Source: an uncultured Acetobacteraceae bacterium
Lineage (GTDB): Bacteria > Acidobacteriota > Terriglobia > Terriglobales > Acidobacteriaceae
Assembly (NCBI GenBank): GCA_964657465.1
Contig: CAZZVD010000002.1
Span: 1 to 62,731, forward strand
DNA length: 62,731 bases
Direction: 5' to 3'
A program made the position numbers and the translations under genes. The notes under the pieces were generated by a model. The model was given only the letters and a program-made list of their open reading frames with translations. It searched no databases and was not told the origin of the DNA. Below are positions 56,808 to 62,731 of the stretch, one piece after another (the stretch's first letter is position 1; each line of letters opens with the position of its first letter).

Positions 56808-57980
56808 ATGCCACCTAAGATGCTTGTCGAACTTGATGACCTGGCTCTGCATGAGGGAGCTGGGGTGCTATTGCGCCGGGCTCTCCAACTGGTTCAAGCC
56901 GGTGACAGCATCGAAATCCATGCGGATTCTGAAGGACTTCAAGACCAACTGGGCGCATGGTGCCGCCAGGCTGGTCATTCGTTCACTGCACAGCAAGGCA
57001 ACAAAGGCGTCTACTCAATAGAATCGGGCGGACACTCCGTAGTCCCATCCATCTCAACGAGTGAAATTGCGGAGGAAGCAGATCCTGCCTGGGGTCTGGC
57101 GCCGCGCGGTGCTCAAATCGAAAAGGGTGGACCCGCCCTCGGCTTCACCCTGTGCCAGAAACGTGATGTCTGGGCATATGAGCTCGACGCAATTTATAAA
57201 CAATCCGTTGCCAACCAGTGGTCGGTCGCGCGCGATCTTTCCTGGAAAGACCTGCCTCGCCTGCCCGAAGAGGTGGAACGTGCGGTCGCCCAGATAATGA
57301 CATTTCTTACCGAAAATGAATACGCTGCCCTCTATGTGCCGGCGCGCTTCATCCCGCGAATTCACCCCCACTATCGCGAAGTGGTGCAAGTGCTGGCCAT
57401 GCAGGTCGCTGATGAGGCTCGTCACGCTGAAGGATTCACACGGCGGGCAGAGGCGGCTGGAGCCGGGCTGGGCACTACTGCGGTGAGCGGTCAGCTTTCC
57501 TTGAAGACGTTATTGGAAGAACCGGATTTCACAACGGCGACGTTTTTGCTGTGTGTCATGGGGGAAGGTACATTTCTAACGCTTCTGAACTTCCTGAGTG
57601 AGCGCGCACCGGACCCTGTTACCGCCGCGCTCATGCGCATGGCGCATCGCGACGAAGCACGCCATGTGGCTTTTGGGATGGAGCACATGCGCTACGTCTT
57701 TGCCCGGGAACCCGAGGTCCGAATGTCGCTGACCGCTGCCGTTGAGCGCCGCAGTCGGATGTTGGCCTCCATCTCAGGTTTGAGTCCGCACGTCCACGAC
57801 GCGTTGGTGCTCTACGCCGGCGGAGGCAATTCGGTCGCGCAGATTCGCGAAGGCGCCAGGCAGGTCGCGTGGTTGCAGAGAGAGATGAACCGGGTGCGAC
57901 AGGACAGATTGCAATCGTTGGGCTTTGAACCCGCACAGGCCGCTGCCATGTCAGCCCACCACACGAAAAATTTTATGTGA
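56808..57980 (+). CDS. Ferritin-like di-iron protein with N-terminal TusA-like (Cys-less) domain
   Basis: Two E...ExxH blocks (QVADEARHAEGF and HRDEARHVAFGMEH). The N-terminal ~75 aa resemble the TusA/SirA fold but lack the CP cysteine. The start was placed at ATG 56808. Confidence 0.55.
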   Translation: MPPKMLVELDDLALHEGAGVLLRRALQLVQAGDSIEIHADSEGLQDQLGAWCRQAGHSFTAQQGNKGVYSIESGGHSVVPSISTSEIAEEADPAWGLAPRGAQIEKGGPALGFTLCQKRDVWAYELDAIYKQSVANQWSVARDLSWKDLPRLPEEVERAVAQIMTFLTENEYAALYVPARFIPRIHPHYREVVQVLAMQVADEARHAEGFTRRAEAAGAGLGTTAVSGQLSLKTLLEEPDFTTATFLLCVMGEGTFLTLLNFLSERAPDPVTAALMRMAHRDEARHVAFGMEHMRYVFAREPEVRMSLTAAVERRSRMLASISGLSPHVHDALVLYAGGGNSVAQIREGARQVAWLQREMNRVRQDRLQSLGFEPAQAAAMSAHHTKNFM

Positions 57981-58631
57981 ATGTTGATCGCGTTAGATCC
58001 GACTCAGTTAATTCGACAAGTAAAACTTCACAGCTATCGCCACTGCAAGTTATTCGACTGCGATTTCCAGCTGCTCCAATGAATCGTCATTCCCTTAGGA
58101 AAAGAGCTTCGCTGCCGTTACTGGCGCGCAGCTAATGGCCCAAAGCCGTTCGGACTTCCCGTCTATGACGCTGCAATCGCGAGCTACCGTGAAGCTGGTC
58201 TACTTCTGGTATAAACGGTGCAGGCCCGTAAGAGGTCCCGGATTCTGTCCTTCCAAGCGGGCCAGCGGGCGGGAAACTTTGCCTGTCACCGCACTTGCAA
58301 GCAAATGCGCGATGGGCACCGCTGGGGAACTCTTCAACAGCTCGCCCTACTGTTCGTGTTGCGCCTGAGGCCGAACCCGCGTCCCATTGTCAGTAGCTTG
58401 GCTAGCGTCTGGCGAGCTGGCTTGGCCCACTACGGCAGTTTGTTTTGGCCCACCCCTGGTACGTTCAAGACTTGGGAAATTTTCATCCCGTAGTCGCCGT
58501 GGCAGTGGGGAATGTGGGACTCGCTGTTCTTGCGATTTCCAAGGTCTGTGGGAAAGGTGGGAAAACAGTTTCACCGTTTCCCCATGCTGTCCATAGACTG
58601 TCATTTCCACCACCTCTTTCGAGTGATTTCG

Positions 58632-59019
58632 CTACGCAGGCGTCGTCGTGTTGCTGGATGACTGCTTTTGCTCCTTGCTGCGTGTTCTACGGAACCGGTA
58701 GGACTCGGAACCTGTTCCGATGATGTGCGCCTGACCGGTAAGCCGGTTCAGCACCGCTTTGCAGGGCCGTGCATTGGTAAACACTTGCGGCCACTCAGAG
58801 AAGGGCAGGTTGGTGGTGACGATGATGACAGCTTTTTCCGCGGTCTGCGATGACCTGGAAGAGTAACTCCGCGGCAACTTCAGCCAGTGGCACATAGCCG
58901 AGTTCATCGAGCACGATCAACTCGATCCGCGCCCAGCGTGCCAGCATACGGCTGAGTGTCTGCTCCCGTTGTGCTTCCACGAGTTGATTAACCAACGCCG
59001 CAGCCGTGATGAAGCGCAC
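58632..59019 (-). mobile_element. IS21-family IstB helper ATPase remnant (5'-truncated, frameshifted)
   Basis: Two overlapping frames give [20 protein letters not shown]...[14 protein letters not shown]...[10 protein letters not shown] and [18 protein letters not shown]...[22 protein letters not shown], i.e. the Walker B to C-terminus part of IstB. No Walker A and no istA. Confidence 0.7.
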
Positions 59020-59197
59020 ACGTCTGCGCTGTCGGCGACGGCATCACTCTCCTGCGCGGTCAGCCGATCAGGACAGTTTCTCCATCCGGGGATCGGGAAA
59101 GAGCGTGTGGCAGGCATGGCGCTCCGCTCGACCATCACCGGGGTATATTGAGTGCAGCCGCGCCAGGCGATCCAGCGGGAAGGGAGATGCTGCTTGC

Positions 59198-61738
59198 ATG
59201 GGAACTGAGCCGTTCAATCCTGACACGGAAGCGACCTCCATCCCTCCAACTTCTCCCGGTGTGCCGACCCTCGCGTTTTCTCCCAACGGCGCCGCCACCG
59301 GCGTGGTCATCGGTCCGTATCACCTTCTCCAGATGATCGCAGAAGGGGGAATGGGCCAGGTGTGGCTGGCGGAGCAAAAGCAGCCGGTGCGCCGTCGCGT
59401 GGCCGTCAAGCTGATCAAGATCGGCATGGATACGCGCGAAGTGGTGGCGCGGTTTGAGTCAGAACGCCAGGCGCTCGCGCTCATGGACCATCCGGCCATC
59501 GCCAAGGTTTTTGACGCGGGCTCCACTGCGGAAGGACGCCCCTACTTCGTGATGGAGTATGTCGCCGGGCTGCCCATCACCGACTATTGCGACCGGCACA
59601 AACTCAGCACGCGGCAGCGCATGGAGCTCTTTATTCTGGTTTGCGAAGGAGTGCAGCACGCGCACCAGAAAGCCATCATCCATCGCGATCTCAAGCCTTC
59701 AAACATCCTTGTAACCGAAGTTGATGGCAAGCCGGTTCCGCGCATCATTGACTTCGGCGTCGCCAAAGCAACCGCGCAGCAACTCAATCCAGGAACCATG
59801 TACACCCGGGTCGGCGCCGTTGTCGGCACTATGGGCTACATGAGCCCGGAGCAGGCCGACTCCGGTGGCGAAGATATTGACACTCGCAGCGACGTGTACT
59901 CGCTGGGAGTGGTTCTCTATGAGTTGCTGGTGGGCGCGCTGCCCATCGAATTCGCCAAGCTGGCGTATGACGAAGTGCTGCGCCGCCTGCGCGAATCCGA
60001 TGCGCCCAAACCGAGTACGCGGCTCAAAATGCTGGGAGATACGTCGACGATCAAGGCCCAAAATCGTGGCGTCGATGCGGTGGCACTCACCCGGCAGCTG
60101 CGCGGCGATGCCGATTCGATCGCGCTAAAGGCGCTTGAGAAAGATCGCAAGCAGCGCTACGCTTCGCCCTCGGATCTGGCTGCCGACCTGGGCCGCTACC
60201 TGCGCAACGAGCCTGTGGTGGCGCACCCGCCGAGCCTGCGATATCGGGCGGGCAAATATGTTCGCCGCCACAGACTGGGGGTCGCGTTCAGTGCCGTGAC
60301 CGCGATGCTGCTTGCCGGGCTGGCTATTGCCCAGACGCTCCAATTGCGTGAGATTCGCCAGCAACGGGACCGGGGGGACAGGATCACGGAGTTCATGACC
60401 AATATGTTCAAGGTGTCAGACCCCAGCCAGGCGCACGGCAATGATGTTCGCGTCCGCGAAATACTCGATAAGGCTTCGTCGCAGGCGCTGAGTGGGTTGG
60501 ATAAAGATCCGCAAGACCAAGCGCAGCTGATGCAGGTGATGGGTGACGTTTATAAGAATCTGGGCCTGTATCCACAGGCAGAGTCTCTGGTGAGCCGCGC
60601 GCTGGCCACTCGCGCCCAGCTGCTGGGAGAGAAGAACGAAGACACGTTGAAGTCGATGTACAGCATGGCCAGTCTGTTGCAGGAGCAAAGCCGCACCGCG
60701 GAAGGCGAAAAGCTGGCCCGGCGCACGCTCGAGCTGCGCAGTCGCACCCTGGGCCCCGAGGCTCGCGGCACCGTGCAATCGATGAGCCAGCTGGGCCTCA
60801 TCCTTAACGATGAGGGCCGTTACCCTGAGGCCGAGGCCGTCGACCGCAAGGCACTTGAAATTGCTACCCGGAAGTACGGACCCAAAGATACGGTCACTCC
60901 TTCAGCGGCATCCACGTTGGGGGTCGATTTGGCGTACGAAGGGAAATATCCTGCGGCTGAAGAACAATTTCGCGCGGCCCTGCAGATGGATCGAGACAAC
61001 CTTGGCCCCGATGACCCGAAGACGCTGGCCGCCGGAATCAACCTGGGTGCGATTCTTTTGCAGCAGGATAAGTATCCCCAGGCTGAAGAACAGATGCGGG
61101 GCCTTGTGGAGCGGGAGCGCCGCGTCCTGGGACCTGACCATCCGACAACGTTGTTGACCATGGGGAACCTGGGCCTGGTTTTGTCGCAGGAGAAACGGTA
61201 CGCCGAGGCAGAACAACTTTTTCGGGAGACGTTGGTCATCAAGCGTAAAAAGCTGGGTGCTGAGCATCGTTCGACCCTGGTGACCGCCGGGAACCTGGCG
61301 GACGCGCTGCGCGAACAGAAGAAGTACGCTGAAGCTGAAGCCCTGACCCGGGAGACACTGTCTACGGAACGCCGCACCCTCGGCAATGACCATTCCGATA
61401 CTCAGTTTACCGTGCAGGCCCTGGGACAGGTGCTGACAGCGGAAGGTCAGTACGCAGAAGCGGAACGGCTTTTGCGCGAAGCGTATGACACCAGGCTTCG
61501 GGTCCAGGGCTTAGACCATACCAACACCGCGGAAGCGGCCTATAACCTGGCTGCTTTGTACGCCGTGCAAGGCCGGAAAGCAGAAGCCATTGCCCGGCTA
61601 TCGAGCGCCGTCGACCATGGCTTCTCAGCAAAATTCGACCTGGATTTGGCAACGGATGACGACTTTAAGTCGCTGCACGGCGATCCAGCGTTCGAAGCTT
61701 TGCTACTCAAAGCCCGGCAAGATGCGCAGGGACGGTGA
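59198..61738 (+). CDS. Ser/Thr protein kinase with TM segment and C-terminal TPR array
   Basis: Hanks kinase motifs (VAVKLIK, HRDLKPSNILV, DFGVAKA, YMSPEQ) followed by repeated TPR_12-like units (...YPQAE/YAEAE...). The start was placed at ATG 59198. Confidence 0.85.
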   Translation: MGTEPFNPDTEATSIPPTSPGVPTLAFSPNGAATGVVIGPYHLLQMIAEGGMGQVWLAEQKQPVRRRVAVKLIKIGMDTREVVARFESERQALALMDHPAIAKVFDAGSTAEGRPYFVMEYVAGLPITDYCDRHKLSTRQRMELFILVCEGVQHAHQKAIIHRDLKPSNILVTEVDGKPVPRIIDFGVAKATAQQLNPGTMYTRVGAVVGTMGYMSPEQADSGGEDIDTRSDVYSLGVVLYELLVGALPIEFAKLAYDEVLRRLRESDAPKPSTRLKMLGDTSTIKAQNRGVDAVALTRQLRGDADSIALKALEKDRKQRYASPSDLAADLGRYLRNEPVVAHPPSLRYRAGKYVRRHRLGVAFSAVTAMLLAGLAIAQTLQLREIRQQRDRGDRITEFMTNMFKVSDPSQAHGNDVRVREILDKASSQALSGLDKDPQDQAQLMQVMGDVYKNLGLYPQAESLVSRALATRAQLLGEKNEDTLKSMYSMASLLQEQSRTAEGEKLARRTLELRSRTLGPEARGTVQSMSQLGLILNDEGRYPEAEAVDRKALEIATRKYGPKDTVTPSAASTLGVDLAYEGKYPAAEEQFRAALQMDRDNLGPDDPKTLAAGINLGAILLQQDKYPQAEEQMRGLVERERRVLGPDHPTTLLTMGNLGLVLSQEKRYAEAEQLFRETLVIKRKKLGAEHRSTLVTAGNLADALREQKKYAEAEALTRETLSTERRTLGNDHSDTQFTVQALGQVLTAEGQYAEAERLLREAYDTRLRVQGLDHTNTAEAAYNLAALYAVQGRKAEAIARLSSAVDHGFSAKFDLDLATDDDFKSLHGDPAFEALLLKARQDAQGR

Positions 61739-61881
61739 TGCCGTTTTTTTTGACGATGAGAAGGCCGCGCTTCCTGGTGGAAAAGGGGCGGCCAGGCCGC
61801 ACAGGTAAGATGACGGCATTGCTGTTGCAAAATTGATTTCCTGGGCTCGTGTCAAAAATCCAACATCGAAAAGGACTCAAG

Positions 61882-62379
61882 ATGACGAAGCTCCAACTGA
61901 TGACGATGTTCGCCGCTTTGGCTACTCTGCCGTCTGCCGCTCACGGACAGGGTGTTGCCGTGAAGCATTTACAGCCCAACGAAAAGTCCCCTATCGCCAC
62001 CGGTGTCTGGGCGGGCGATACGCTTTACCTGAGTGGACAGCTGGCCTCACCGGTCACCCCGGCTGACCCGGCGAAAGGCGTGGAAGCGACCTACGGCGAC
62101 ACTAAGACCCAGGCCCTTTCGGCACTGAACAAAATACAGGCGCTGCTCAAGGAACAGGGTTTGGACATGAAAGACGTAGTCAAGATGACGGTCTTTCTGG
62201 CCGGCGATCCGGCGATGGGCAACAAGCTCGATTTTCCTGGCCTTCAGGCTTCGTACACGCAATTTTTCGGCACCAAAGACCAGCCGAATAAGCCGGCCCG
62301 CAGCGCCTTTCAGGTGGCCGCTCTGGCCGCACCCTGGGCGCTGGTGGAAATCGAAGTCATCGCCGTCCGCGCAAAATAG
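61882..62379 (+). CDS. RidA/YjgF-family protein with signal peptide
   Basis: AAGGA RBS. C-terminal RidA pattern (VKMTVFLAG...PARSAFQVAAL...LVEIEVIAV). Confidence 0.75.
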   Translation: MTKLQLMTMFAALATLPSAAHGQGVAVKHLQPNEKSPIATGVWAGDTLYLSGQLASPVTPADPAKGVEATYGDTKTQALSALNKIQALLKEQGLDMKDVVKMTVFLAGDPAMGNKLDFPGLQASYTQFFGTKDQPNKPARSAFQVAALAAPWALVEIEVIAVRAK

Positions 62380-62555
62380 TCGGCAAGACGGTGTTTGGGT
62401 AGATCTTGTCCCACTGGGCGTCCCCATTCATCTGTTCCGATGAACTTTCGCGCCGGCCTTCCACTTCGGTCGAAATGATAAAAGGCGCGCGCTTACTCCG
62501 CCGCACGAAAACCTGTTACGCGCCCCCACCGCGGAACAGGAAGCGCCGAGCTGGG

Positions 62556-62731
62556 ATGGAGTTGGAACGTTGGAACAACTGCAGCGTGAAGGGAAGGGAA
62601 CCGCCAGGGCCGGAAGGCGCCCAGGTGCTCAAAGCTAATAAGGCCATCGGTGCTCTGCTCATGAACCAAACCGTGTTTACGCAGATCGGTAACATCTACC
62701 GTGTCGAATTACTGTACCCGGCGCAGCAGAA
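62556..62731 (+). CDS. Fpg/Nei-family DNA glycosylase H2TH-domain fragment, runs off the window
   Basis: KAIGALLMNQTVFTQIGNIYRVELLYPAQQ matches the H2TH block (..LLDQ..v.GiGNIY..E.Lf.a.i). No N-terminal catalytic domain is recognisable upstream in this frame, so it may be truncated or frameshifted. Confidence 0.4.
   Translation, partial: MELERWNNCSVKGREPPGPEGAQVLKANKAIGALLMNQTVFTQIGNIYRVELLYPAQQ

Noticed and set aside
6002-59019. Whole 53-kb region as a tRNA-Leu-integrated genomic island bounded by IS scars
   Set aside because: I found no direct repeat of the tRNA 3' end near 58-59 kb and no integrase gene. By eye, base composition and codon usage look uniform with the flanks. The region also contains ordinary chromosomal operons (phnDCE). 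The IS fragments are reported only as scars.
1-62731. CRISPR arrays, rRNA genes, prophage or defence-system genes
   Set aside because: I saw no regularly spaced direct repeats, no rRNA-like segments, and no phage structural, restriction, toxin-antitoxin or cas-like ORFs.

Overview
A 62.7-kb chromosomal segment with mid-to-high GC. Gene content (ECF sigma/anti-sigma pair, TPR Ser/Thr kinase, many FtsX-type ABC systems, REP-like palindromes) suggests Acidobacteriota; this is an inference. Housekeeping-type flanks: ECF sigma/anti-sigma, Slt-type lytic transglycosylase, PhzF-like isomerase and tRNA-Leu(UAA) on the left; phnDCE, an acyl-CoA dehydrogenase, a Ser/Thr kinase and RidA on the right. 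The core (~7.8-46.2 kb) is an unusual accessory region. (1) It holds a complete selenocysteine-decoding set: tRNA-Sec (selC, hidden inside an over-extended selA ORF), selA, selB and, 6 kb away, selD. (2) Two paralogous genes each consist of a twin-arginine signal-peptide ORF joined to a ~300-340 aa ORF by an in-frame TGA. Amino-acid conservation continues across the TGA (GGS-TGA-xAxxAQFGL). A conserved 17-nt hairpin sits exactly 10 nt downstream and shows one compensatory base-pair change. I interpret these as a previously undescribed TAT-exported selenoprotein family. One copy lies directly behind selC-selA-selB. (3) A type II FAS/PKS-like operon (ACP, KS, Cys-less CLF-like KS, KS, DUF1702, membrane-anchored protein, FabG) is present, together with an atypical FabZ-like hotdog protein, an aryl-acid-type adenylating enzyme, two B12-binding radical SAM enzymes (one with CX4CX2C spacing), GT-C/GT2/epimerase/methyltransferase genes, a LolA-like/FGE fusion lipoprotein, cupins, a LuxR regulator and three FtsX-type ABC systems. 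The parts list resembles aryl-polyene-type clusters but is interleaved with the selenium genes. Mobile-element scars (IS66 and IS21/IstB fragments) and a CRTAC1/UnbV-UnbU-like pair are also present. No CRISPR array or rRNA was seen.
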